Shown here in pieces: positions 1 through 11,540 of a stretch of 64,000 nucleotides of DNA (position 1 is the first letter of the stretch; the number at the start of each line of letters is the position of its first letter). The stretch is taken from the NCBI GenBank assembly GCA_000934665.2, contig JYFJ02000552.1:1-64000 (forward strand), read 5' to 3'. The notes below the pieces were generated by a model that saw only the letters and a program-made list of their open reading frames with translations, did not search any database and was not told the DNA's origin. This DNA is from Catajapyx aquilonaris (taxonomy: Eukaryota). A program made the position numbers and the translations under genes.

Positions 1-619
1 CTGGTGGAATGGGCCTCAGAAAACTCCGCCAGTGACTTGGGTCCGCCCATCTTGAAATTCTGGCTGAATCCTAAAGCCCCCGATGCCAGTGGATCTGCAC
101 ATCGAAATATTTCGCATTAATTTTACGAGCTAATTAAAAACAACAATTTCTGTCAATTTTGATGATGTACGGGGTGTTCCTTCATATTATGTAACGTAGT
201 AACCAGTTTCATTTTCATGCAGTACAATCACGATATATTTTGATTATGTATGGGAACGACATGGCCAGTTTCATATTTGTGCAGAACAGTCACGATGTGT
301 GTTTTTTTCCATGGTCATTTTAGGATGCGTTTGCTCGCTTGCCATAAAAGATGGTGACGATTGACAGAAGGCTTAAAATGTAATCTTGCGAGTAAGCGTA
401 TGTGCCCATTATCGTGTGTTGATTGTGAAGTAACTCACTGCTGAAGCTTTCCCCTGCGGCCACGCTTCCGGAGACGGATCCGTCCGGGTTCATCCTGAAA
501 TCCATCTGCTTGGGCTGCCTCTGCCTTCCCTTGCTGATTAGGACGGGATTCCCCGACACTGACGCCACCACCACCGTCGTAAACAACAACAGTAACAGGT
601 GAAAGCCAGCTGGTGACAT
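1..619 (-). CDS. Secreted Gly/Ser-rich precursor (GRP1), 3' end runs off the window
   Basis: ATG at 619, signal peptide MSPAGFHLLLLLFTTVVVASVSG. Exon 619-439 ends at a GTGAGT donor (phase 1). An acceptor (gtgcag) before 94 continues in frame as NPLASGALGFSQNFKMGGPKSLAEFSEAHST to the window edge. Confidence 0.7.
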
Positions 620-1069
620 TTCCCCTTCCACACTCGAAGCAGCAGGGTCGATGAGTGATGGCCAACGGTGTTTTTCTGCTGGCCAGTAGTGTCCAGTCTC
701 CTACGTTTCAAGCCAGCCCCGGATTATTAAACCCACGGGATATTTTCGGAAACAATGTTGCCGGGTTGACAATTTATTCAATTTTATGGGTTGCAGCCTT
801 CAAAAACAAAAACATATTTCATCCTTGAGAAGACAGAACTGGTACTTTCTAAGTTTATCAATTAATGGCTACCAAATCTGCAATCAAAATGTTATTTTCT
901 CCCTCGGTTGAAGTGTCAACAAAAATTGCAATAAGATCATATTGGGAATCTCTTTGGCATAATATAAATTGCGAGCCATGCTCTTGAATGTACAGGTTTG
1001 TTTGTTATTTTTGGATTCGTGCGTAATTTGTGAAGCGGCTTTCACCACGACCGTTGACCCCCGGTCCTC

Positions 1070-1100
1070 GGGCTTTTCCAAAAATTCTTTGGAAAAACCC
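1070..1100. promoter_or_regulatory. Two NF-kB-like sites in the divergent GRP1/GRP2 promoter
   Basis: GGGCTTTTCC at 1070-1079 and GGAAAAACCC (GGGTTTTTCC on minus) at 1091-1100, 120-150 bp upstream of the GRP2 ATG. Confidence 0.4.
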
Positions 1101-1221
1101 TCCTAAACCCCCTCTACCCCGTCAAGGGCACGTGACTTGAAAGGGTCAGGGCTGTGTGCTGGGACAATATTTTTGGAAGGAAGGACCGGACCTGTCACTC
1201 TTCTCTCTGGAGACGGCAAGA

Positions 1222-2057
1222 ATGCAGCTCTCCTTCGTCCTGCTCGTCCTCTTGCTGGTCATATGTCATCTGTCCAGATGCGCGCCCACAGACTCTCAAA
1301 TAGGCAAGTCCCATTTGTCACTTGTACAGCAAGCGTTTATTTAATTAATTAATTAATGTCCTGTTAGCAACAAATAATAAGCTACCAGTGTTTTTTTTGG
1401 ATATGAATGATGCCAATGCATTTGCTTCGTGCTGTTTGTAGCTGCCACGTCACCTGAATCGTCCGTCGCAGTGTCCCTCCCAGCTGCACAGGCTGAATCA
1501 AGTTCTGAAACCTCCAAAAGGAGGCATGGCTCTCGTCGAAAAGGTCACAAAAAGCAGAGAAAAAATAATAACAGGAGGAAAGGAGGTATGCTGATTTGTC
1601 TTTTTTTCTACTATACATGGCAAGGTCATTTTGCGTTGCAATTTTTTCACAATGTGCTATTGTTTTATAACATATTTGTTTCACTGCCATTTTAAGGTTG
1701 AATTCGTTGTGAGCCCAACAATGCACTTGTGTGGCATGCTATTAATCACCGGTTTGATCTGCAGTAAAAGTGACCTCTGAAGCCAGTGTGTCGACGCCTG
1801 CGACGTCGTCGTCTTCCCCTGTCGCTCGGGAGAGGCGTCAACTGGGCTTTTCCAGCGCCCAGGCCAGCGCCTCGTCCTTCAACAGCAACCCGGGGATGGG
1901 GATGGGCCTGGGAGGAGGGCTCATGGGCGGCCCCTGGGGCCAGTCGCCCTTCTTCCCAGGAATGATGGGAGGAGGAGGCCTGGGCCTTGGGATGGACATG
2001 AGCCAGGCATCGGCCAACGCCTTCAACGGAGGATTCGGAGGATTCGGACGACGATAG
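1222..2057 (+). CDS. Secreted Gly/Met-rich prepropeptide (GRP2), about 172 aa, 3 exons
   Basis: Exons 1222-1303 (GC donor GCAAGT), 1442-1585 and 1765-2057, with consistent phases. Signal MQLSFVLLVLLLVICHLSRC, a basic KRRHGSRRKGHKKQRK segment, an RERR|Q cleavage site, and C-terminal GGFGGFGRR*. AATAAA near 2134. Confidence 0.8.
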
Positions 2058-3032
2058 TCACAATCTGCAGTGGTTCTGTAGCTTCCTGTAGTTTCCTGAT
2101 CAAGGATCCCTGATGTCAAACTTACCTTGACGTAATAAATGTTGCGCTCTCAACTACTTTATTGTTATGTGTTTTTACTTCACAAAGGATTCTCTTATAG
2201 GTTATGTGTTACGTTTTGTCCCACACTTACTGTGTAATCTGTGTATTTTTCAGCAGTATAAATATAGCTGGTTATATGGTCAGGTCACCGTTTCCTAGAA
2301 TTGCTTCATTATGCACTTAGGTTTAACGTGGGGGAATTTTTCCGAGGCTGCTGTTTTGTATTCGTAATAGCTGGAGCAAAAACGTTTCTAGGGAGTGTTT
2401 TTATCTGATCGAGTGAGAAAACAGTCAAGTGTAAGGTCAGATCTGATGCACGCAAGGTTGTTTTGCTACAACCCCTCCCTCTATAGGTGCCCAAAAAAAA
2501 CTTCACAGCCTTACCATTGCAATATATTCTTGAAAGTACAGTTTTTCTTTTGATAAAGTAAATATTTGCACTTGTTTTCATGGAGGATGCCATTGATGTG
2601 TTCAGTTATTTTCTGACAAAGTTCACTGCGCACGTCTTGTTGAACCAAGGCGATGGGATGTGTTTCTATCATTGCAGACAGGATGATATCGGTTAGATTT
2701 TCCGCAGATACAAATGTCCTCCTTCACCAACCGGATATTCTTGTCAGATTTTTTTCGTCTCCTCTCCCCTTGCTGTTGATTCTAGTCGTCCTTGCAGTTA
2801 ACCAACTGAGAAATATTTTACCTTTCGCTTTGCAATAATAAAATTAATCAGCCCCATATCCTGCCAACTACACGGCACTACCAAACCTGCTGATAGCGCG
2901 TTACTTAACCTCAGTATCCTGAGATTACACCTTGAACTTGCATGGTTAAAAAATCGCACGCAGTTCCTGCGTGTGACCTTCCCAACAATGTAACATGCAG
3001 ATAAGCGATTCTTGGTAACGCACAATATTCCG

Positions 3033-3141
3033 TGACTCAGCAGCCTCTCTTATAAGCGGGTTTCCCACCAGTCGGTTGGTATCCCCCCCTTCTTTTATAT
3101 ACACCCCCCCCTTTCCAGACATGTACATAAATGTGACGTCA
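3033..3141. promoter_or_regulatory. AP-1, kB-like and CRE motifs upstream of GRP3
   Basis: TGACTCA 3033-3039, GGGTTTCCC 3058-3066, TGACGTCA 3134-3141. Confidence 0.4.
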
Positions 3142-3277
3142 TTTACACTCTGCAGGGGAGAGTAGTGTGGAGGAGGCCCCCCTAACAAAAAGAGACTTGA
3201 GTGAAGGTAACGAGACGCAGATGGAAAGGTAGCGTCGCCTACTCGGATTCGCAGCATTGGGGCTTGAGGAAGGCACG

Positions 3278-5793
3278 ATGATGGCGTCCTCAACGGCGAT
3301 TCGCGTCCTGACGCTTCTCCTCCTCTGTGATGTCATATGTGGAGCACCGCAGGCACCACCTCTGGGTATGAAACACTGCAATCAAATTTCGCAGAAATTT
3401 TACGATTCTAATTGGTGTTGTTGCTGTTTTTTTGTCGGTCAAGTAAGGTCAACCGTAAATTACGTAGATAGGGTGGTATTCAATTGTATGTGAGTATGTA
3501 CATCAATGAATTGTGTAACTATTGCACTCTTTCCTCCAGGGAAAGGTGGAGTTTGAAAATGGTGCTCTGACCAAGATCTCAGTTCAAAAGGGCGTCACTA
3601 TTGTTGAAATTAACAGTGTTACATAACAACTTATGCGAACAATACTGACGCCCTGCATAAGTCAAAGCTATACATTCACTTGTGGCGATGGTTGCAGGAG
3701 TGAACAATATCCATAACTTTTCCTTTGTATGACACGTAGCTACTCTATGATGATCGAGTTAATTTTTCTGCAAGTAACATCAACTTCGCAAGTAAACAAT
3801 ATTCCACACTTTTATGTCTGGAAATCATTCAGGTGCGACTAGAATAATCGTTCGATACAGTATTAGTTACCCTTCAGATTTTGAAAATAATATTCGCATG
3901 CTTTACGAACAGTGCGATGGTATGCTTGTGCAATTCATTTTGCATATATGTCACATAGAATATGCAAATGGTGATGACAGCACGAGGTAAAAGGTGTTTG
4001 GCAAGAAAAATGCCACCTAACCATGGTTGACATTTTCTGACCTCTAAAGTCACCGGGTGAAATTGCGCAGTGAATGACGCGTTTATTCACTCACACGGCT
4101 ACAAAAAAACGTGCGATTTTGACATATGTTAATTGCCAACTCATTTTCATTGATGCAATCAGTGTTTACTCAACACGTAGACTGAAATACGCGTAATAAC
4201 ACATTGATCTGAAACGAATATGGAGACACCGAAATATGCTCTTCCTTGTTGTTTACTCGGGTCACTTCAATACACTTACACCTCACGGGGTGTCTAGTAA
4301 TGAATTTCGACAAACTTGCCTTTTTTTGACATGGGCAGTATTAATTAATGCTTCAGTTATTTTGATGACAGAGAGCATAGAGTCGTCATCAGCCACGTCG
4401 ACGACATCAACGAGCACGACCACAGAGGCGTCGTTGTCTTCCAGCACGACCCCTGATGCCCTGGAGCACAACATCGTGTCATCTCAAATACTGGTCATCA
4501 AGAGGCCCAAGAGAGAGGAGCCTCTGTTCTTCCCTGGAGAGGAACCAGCTCCGGCTGCTGCACCAAAGATCGCTGCTGCAGCTGCTCCAAAGGAAGGAGA
4601 AGAAGGAGGGGCAGAAATTGGAGAGAGATTTGGAATCATCGGAGACGTCATTGAAGGATTCGGAAACGCCGCCTTGGGCGTCATATCTGGAGGTAGATAT
4701 TTCATCGGAACTGTGGGGCATTGGCTAACAATTTGCCATTCTGTACAATAGCAAACAAACATAGCCAACTATATGATTTCATGTCTGGATATAAAAAGTG
4801 ACTTACGTACTACCTCATGAGTAAAAAAAAACCCATGGAAGCATGCAAATATTTCCTTCGTGCAGGAAGTTCCCATATAAATAACACTCACAAGTCAGTC
4901 GACCATGTCTCAAAAGTTATGTCACACTTTCCAATTGAAATGGATTGACCCTGCAATAAGTCACACCTTGACCTCTTTTTTACAGGGAAACGAAGAGGTC
5001 ACAGCGGCGGTCAGGGAGGTAGGGAGAGATACCCAGGAGGTCGAGGAGGGTACGACTATGACGACTATGGAGGCGGACGTGGTGGTCAGGGACGTCGAGG
5101 CGGTCACCGTGGAGGTCAGGGCGGAGGTCGAGGAGGATACGGCGACTACGACGACTACGGAGGCGGTAGAGGCGGCGGAGGTCACCGGGGTCAGTCTGGT
5201 TCGCACGCCCAGAGCGAGAGCGAGAGCCAAAGCGCAACATTCAACTTGGGTCCCATCAACCTGGGCCTCTCAACCTCCAAGTCGAGGTCGAACGCCCAGA
5301 GCCACGGAGACGGTTCCTTTGCGCAGGCCGGATCCGACGCCGGAAGCTCTGCCGGGTCTGGACAACATGGCGGAAGGTACCCTGGACGCGGACACGGAGG
5401 AGGAGGGGCAGGGAGCCAGTCGGACGCCTCCTCCAGCGCCAGTGCTGGGTCTGGCGGAAGGGCTGGTCGCAATCCTAACCTGGACGTCCGGTCGGGATTG
5501 CCAGATTATGACTCCGAAGGGTAATTTATTATTGCATTTTGCATGACTGCCAGACCCAGAAACACCATCTGGGCCATCTGACATGCCATGACAGTATGAA
5601 GGAGTGTTGTACTTTCAGGCTATTTTGTTTGATGCCTTCATAACGTCATCCATGTTGGTAAATTCATATAGTCAGATGAAGATGGTCAGTCTTTGGGTCG
5701 GTGATACTGTTTTTAGCACGAACCAAATAATGAATATTGATGTATACTCAATGTGACTTATTGCCTTGCAGGAGACCGATCCTCTACAGATAA
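3278..5793 (+). CDS. Secreted Gly/Arg/Tyr-rich multi-peptide precursor (GRP3), about 321 aa, 4 exons
   Basis: Exons 3278-3365, 4372-4692, 4986-5520 and 5772-5793; all GT-AG and in phase. Signal MMASSTAIRVLTLLLLCDVICG, Ser/Thr stretch, KRPKR and GKRR sites, GGRGGYDYDDYGGG repeats, ends DSEGRPILYR*. If the last intron is retained the stop is at 5522-5524. Confidence 0.8.
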
Positions 5794-8216
5794 TGAGATC
5801 CGGGGATATCATCGTGCATTGTCTGGCTACATTTCTAATCCTGTAATGCCTTTTGCATTATTTTATATAAAAATTGTCCTACAATGAGCAAATGAAGTTT
5901 TTACTACCTTTCCAGTTACGTACTCTAACAAGTGTCCCGATTTAGGTGGTTTAACTTCATCATATCTTATGAGCTACTTCTGTTCAAACGTTCCTTCTAG
6001 TTTTGAGGTCGTGACCAACAAGGTTGACCTTTTAAACGGCTAACTGTAAGACGTCCATAACCTCCACCTCAAGAACAAATGTTATGCTTGATTTTTATTT
6101 TATTTTTCAGTTCTTAAATGGCTGTCACGTATGAGTTGTTAATTGGTCGACCATTGTAGCCTACATTCACATTATGATGATGAACTAAAACAGAATTATC
6201 ACAAAAGAACTTATACTTGATGTTTCATAATGACTCAGACAAAATTTTCACATGAAGTGCTTTATGTGCATGTTTCAATTGGTTTTCTCAGCCTCGTTAT
6301 TAACCTTGGTCACCTGATGAATTATTACGCCACCTCTCTTAGAATAATTATGATTCTGCCGACAATCTACGACCGACACTCCCATTGGCCCGCTACTTCC
6401 TGCTCCACCTAATCAGATCTCAGTTTTAATAATTAAAATCACACGATACCAACCTGAATTTAAATGAAAAATGTGTCGTAGAAGGCCACACACCGCCCTA
6501 ATGATAATATTACGTACATTGCGATTTGTTTCTGTAACGAGGCTGACAAAAGCAATGTCGCTGGAATTGGAGTAAAAGGCAGCATACCTCGTAATAGTGA
6601 TGATCTATCAAAATAATAAAGGACGGCATTGGGTTATGTGAGTATTACACTGACTGATCTCGTAATGTACTGCGTATGTAATTCTGTCCAGTGTGAGTCA
6701 TATAACTCCAGGTCAATCTCTCCCCACAGTGTGTTACTCATTGGCCTAAAACAATTATTCTGAACTAATTAAAAAGGCCAAAAATATGTCTGTAGTTACT
6801 GGTTGTTTTTTTGGGCATGTCCCTGCCACTTGACACTATATGACGATAGATTGACCCGAAGTTCTATCTGTATCACCCTGAGGTGAAATAGGTGGCAATA
6901 AACCTATCGAGTGTGTGGGCAATCGCATCGGAAGGTCGGAACCGATGACCCCAAGATCTTTGGGGAAAAACCAGAAGGCTGCATTGGTTCTTGGTAAATC
7001 CTGTCCGCCCCAAGGTTGCAAGGTGGGAAGAGAGAATATAAGACAAAACAGTTAAGAGCTTCACCTGTTCACCTTGGGCGAGGAAACTCACCCCGGTCCG
7101 ACCCAACCTTGCCTCTCAAAGTGCTGCTGGAAAAGAAAGAGAAATCGAATGTAGATGAACAAAAAAGGGAAGTGCCTTTCTTTTATTCCCCAGAAGTGAG
7201 TATAGGATTGCAGGTCCACTCTTTGTCGCCTTCCTCAACCCGGAATGGGGACAAGGGAAGCAGTTTCCAACCAAGGATCACGATGGGATAACAATACCAC
7301 CGTATGTAATAATTACACGGGATGGTTTTGTGCAACGACGCCAATTAAGTTGCAATCGCCTTGTAAATGTTCGGAATGCGAATATGCATTTCAAGGAAAA
7401 TAAACAAGGAACTTCATGCAAATGAAGGTGGGGTAGCTATACTGTTCATTACTATTTCAGTCGAGAGAATGAAAGGTGCAATAAAGTTTCCTAAGAAGAA
7501 AACACTTCAGACGTGACATCAATAATTTTGCGAGGCATTTACGACTCCCTGCAGGCACAGAATGTACTGTACATGGAATATATATATGTTGGGGATTGTT
7601 CACCCTATCAACCAGTGTCAAGTGAATCAGCCTAGTGTCAGCCTGGTGTTCTCATGTGAGTATTATTGCTTCTTTCTTGAAACAGAGCAATAATTAACCG
7701 CCTTCACTGTTGAACTGCAAACTTGGACACTCAGTGCAACACCCTGTACTTTGTGAAACTTTTTTACTTCCGGATAGAATACTTGATTTAATACCTGGTG
7801 TGGCAAAGAGCTTCTAACGTTTTTATGGCTCATCCTATGAATTTATTATCGTCTTTCATTTGAATATTTAAAGGTCGCCTCTCTAATGCTAATTTTTCAA
7901 CTACTATTAACTCCTGGTTGATCAAAATGTTAAATAATAACCTATAGTATCTGCCGTAAAAGTGTTGCGAAATAAATTTTGCGCAAATTGACCTGCTAAA
8001 AATTGTGCCAACCATCATTGCGCAACCCAGGTGTGAACTAAGCTGGTTAAGTGCAGTTATCGCATTGGTCGAAGGGTAGCAACCTCTGCAATAATAATAA
8101 TAATTCCGGAGTGACCTTCACTCCTCTGGTTGGTCACTACTCTCCGTCCATATACAAAGCGTCTTATGTATTATTATGCAGTATACTTTCGCGAGGCGGG
8201 ATTATATTGCAAGGAG

Positions 8217-8241
8217 TGACGTCACTGGGAGGGCATTTCCC
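8217..8241. promoter_or_regulatory. CRE palindrome and kB-like site upstream of GRP4
   Basis: TGACGTCA 8217-8224 and GGGCATTTCCC 8231-8241, about 100 bp upstream of ATG 8335. Confidence 0.4.
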
Positions 8242-8334
8242 GCACTTGTGTCGACCTTGCCTCCGGAGTGGGCATCGGTCTTAAAAAGACCGGACTCGGG
8301 GCTCTCTTCGGCCTTTTCTCAACCCGTGTCCACC

Positions 8335-9182
8335 ATGGCCGGAATCACTCCGATCACCACAGGGATCGTGATCATCTTTCTCCTTGCTTCCTTCTCAGGT
8401 AAGTCACGTACGTAAATAGAGCGGGGTCGTGGGTTATTAAATTAACGTGGAATTGTTGTGGCTTTGAATTATCTGTTGCAAGACGACCCACTCTAATTAT
8501 TATTTTTCTCTCGTGGTGCAGATGCCCTGACGTCGGTAGCGACGTCGGCGACGCGTCCTCGTCGAGAGCTGCCCCACTCACACAGCGAGTCAAACAGTGC
8601 CTCATTTGCCATCAACGCAGGACCAATTAGTGCCAGTGCTTCTTTTAGCAACAGCAACAGTCACGCAACGGGACACGGAGCTTCCAGTTCGGTAAGTGTC
8701 CTCAAGTGTACTGGAACATGCCCCCAAGTGAAATTACTTATCTTCACTTACCTCATCTAACCTGAAATAACTTCAGGACATTTCTAACTTTTCCTTTAGC
8801 ACGTTTCTGATGCAGTTTTGTTGCATCATTTCAGGCATCTAGTTCAGCTGCTGCTGGAAGTGCAGGAGGTCACGGAGGCTATGGAGGTCACGGAGGTCAC
8901 GGCGGTTATGGAGGTCACGGTGGGCATCACGGCAGTGACGGAATAAACTTTAGTATATCCAACAGCCAGAGCTCATCGTCTGCTTTCGGAGGTGGCCACG
9001 GAGGCCACGGAGGCCACGGAGGCCACCACCACCACCACCACAACAATTACGATTATCCTTCTCATGGAGGTGGTCACTATCCGGGTGGCTACGGCGGATA
9101 CGGTGGGTACGGAGGTGGTTACCCGTACCGTCGACGCAGACCAGGGTACGGCCACATCACAAGAGGAGAATATTATGGCTGA
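8335..9182 (+). CDS. Secreted Gly/His-rich precursor (GRP4), about 193 aa, 3 exons
   Basis: Kozak CACCATGG. Exons 8335-8398, 8522-8691 and 8835-9182 with GTAAGT donors. Signal MAGITPITTGIVIIFLLASFSDA, RPRR|E site, (GGH/GGY)n repeats and an HHHHHH run. AATAAA near 9248. Confidence 0.85.
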
Positions 9183-9860
9183 ATCACAAACTTATACCAA
9201 AATGTTGTTCAATTTTATTTATAATGGCAGTTGTTGTTTTTGCACAAAATAAATTTTTGTTACAACCTAAATCATACAAGGCGTTTTGACTTGTTTTTAT
9301 ACACGGCGTATACATCTATTGTTGAATCCATACTTACAGTAAAATATACTTGTATTAGTAGAAGCAGAAGTCCCAAGCCGTTCATCGAGGGGCCAACCTG
9401 TGTGGACAACTGGACACGACTATATGAATGTACCTTAATATTATGAAACAATTATGAAATTGAATGAATTATGAGAAGAATATGATGCTTTCACTCATTT
9501 TGCTGGTATGTGTAGCAGCAAGCACTGATCAGATCTGTCGGAATGATGCGCAGAAGTCTTATGATTTGTGTTTTTCTGAATGGACGAACACAATTTTTTC
9601 TATTAGAGTAGACCAAGACCCCAAGTAATAACACCTCTACATTATTATATACGTACGATTCCCAAAGGTTTGTATGAATTATTGCTATGATGTCTGTACC
9701 TGCAGCTTGTTACAGTTCTTGTCTCGTTTGCGTCCAATGTCGGCAAACTGGACAAAAAAAAACACGGACAAATCGTACAAAAAAAGGAGGTTAATATTTA
9801 TTTGGTATAAAAAGAGCAACAGGTAACGAGGCAGCATATAGAGTCGCGCGAGTGGGGAGG

Positions 9861-10248
9861 TCACTTGGTGGTCTGAGGGCTGTTAGGGTCAGGCCGGGTC
9901 ACGCTGCCAGGGCCACTCGGGGTCACGCCACTGGGGTCCATCTCTCTCCTCCGCAGCCTCCGGGCCACCAGCATCCCAAGGCCTATCAGCACCAGAAGAG
10001 CAAACACCAGCAGGACCGCGCTTTAAAAGGAGGAGACAATCAAAGTTCAGTTGCAAAGCCTTTGGCAGTGTCGATGTTGTCGTGACGACTTACGCCAGGA
10101 TGTATGTCGATGAAGATTCTTCTTCCTCGTCGTTGTTGACGGAGACTGACGGAGTGTCAAGCAGGATGGGACCCACGTCGAAGGCGTCGTCTGACGTCAG
10201 CAGGTTCGTTCCGTTCACGTCTTCGCTGTGGTCGTAGTTAGGAGCCAT
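9861..10248 (-). CDS. Small single-pass membrane protein, 104 aa, unknown family
   Basis: Exons 10248-10094 (donor GTAAGT, phase 2) and 10020-9861. Protein: MAPNYDHSEDVNGTNLL...EEEESSSTYILAAVLLVFALLVLIGLGMLVARRLRRREMDPSG...PQTTK*. An acceptor lies just before the ATG, a 5'UTR donor at 10759, and minus-strand AATAAA at 9797-9802. Confidence 0.75.
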
Positions 10249-10667
10249 GTTTTTCCTGACAATATTTTAACAAAATAATATGATTGTATTAGTGACACAT
10301 GTTGGTGCACTGCAGCGTTGGGTAAAGGAATATAGTTTTCTCCCTATATGAAACCATATGTTTTGACAGGATTCGTTGGTTCCTGTTTGTTACAATAATT
10401 ACACCATGATTTCGGTGAATATACAAGCATTCAATGAAAGGCGGCTGAATTTGAAGAAATAAGAAACAATAACGTAATATCCAGCTACGCCAGGCTATAA
10501 ATGCACACTGAAGATCTAACCAGGATTTAAAATACATTTTTCATTGTTCCATTAATAAGTAATTGTTGCCAGCTACCGAATAATAAAAGTAAAATCATGC
10601 TGCGAAGATCTGACTCGAGTTGTGCAGAATTGGATTAAACCTCATAGGCGCTATTTGTTGCGATAAG

Positions 10668-11246
10668 AGGTCAAGGTCACCATTTTGACCCCACTGTTTA
10701 TGCTACACTCCCACACATTTTAAAATGCGAGTAAAAACAGTTAGTAAATAGGCTCTTACCTTGTCTTTTTTTTCTTCCTGGACGTGTATTTTCCTGTTGG
10801 CAAAAGCAAAATGGAGCGATGCGAACTGTTGAATATCTGGGGCCGAAATGGTCGGGCCAATCCGTCGATGGCGGGCCAAAGGAAGGTCACCCTTCTAAGG
10901 TCACACTGCTCGTGACTTGAGGCGAAAGTTAATACCTTAGTCGTATAGTAATACCTCCAACCCAAGAACTTGGCCACTTATTAACGCGGAAGTTTAAAAG
11001 AAAAAAGAAATTACACGTTCCGGCCTGAAAGGTCACTCCTCCCACAACTTTGTTTCTATTTCACACCTTATGGACATATAGGAAAAAGGAAGGAAAAAAA
11101 AGAGAGGAAGACCTTCCGGAAATCGTGCCCGGTGAGGGTCAACACACTTTGGCAAGGTCAGGTGACCAAGGCCTGCTGGTTAGGTATACCTACACGACCT
11201 TCAAGAGTTGAGGCAGGAAAAACGTGAAAGTAGGTCGCGCTGACCT
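10668..11246. promoter_or_regulatory. Cluster of nuclear-receptor half-sites (AGGTCA/TGACCT)
   Basis: AGGTCA at 10668 and 10674 (DR0), 10884 and 10898 (DR8), 11030 and 11155. AGGTCGcgcTGACCT at 11232-11246 (IR3-like). Confidence 0.5.
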
Positions 11247-11540
11247 CCGCTGATTCATCGCTAATATACTGTGGTGCTAATGGCCGGTGTCATTTTCTTC
11301 ATTGGCATCTTGCTATCTGGATATAGTTGGAGGCCTTTCTTGCTTGATATGCAACTGTTGGCGCCCATGTTGGTCACCATTGTGGGTCATTAATTCAATA
11401 AATTTGCCAATTTATTATCAAAAGAAAATCCAGGTGTAACTCATAAGATGCTGGGGTCAATCTGGGAAAATGTGGATATGGAACCACAGCAAATGTGCCA
11501 TATTATCTCTAATGTCAATGAGACTTTCAATCGTCCTAAA

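Noticed and set aside
2331..2343. GGGGAATTTTTCC as a kB site
   Set aside because: Spacer longer than consensus and not promoter-proximal.
3540..3545. Possible 6-nt microexon in GRP3 after ttcctccag
   Set aside because: Good acceptor but weak donor (GTGGAG); the model is in phase without it.
4905..5546. 213-aa plus-strand ORF rich in V/E/T
   Set aside because: Off-frame shadow of the Gly-rich exon 3 of GRP3; splice phase selects the Gly frame.
8973..9252. ORFs with ATEATE/VAS repeats
   Set aside because: Alternative-frame and antisense readings of the GGH repeats in GRP4.
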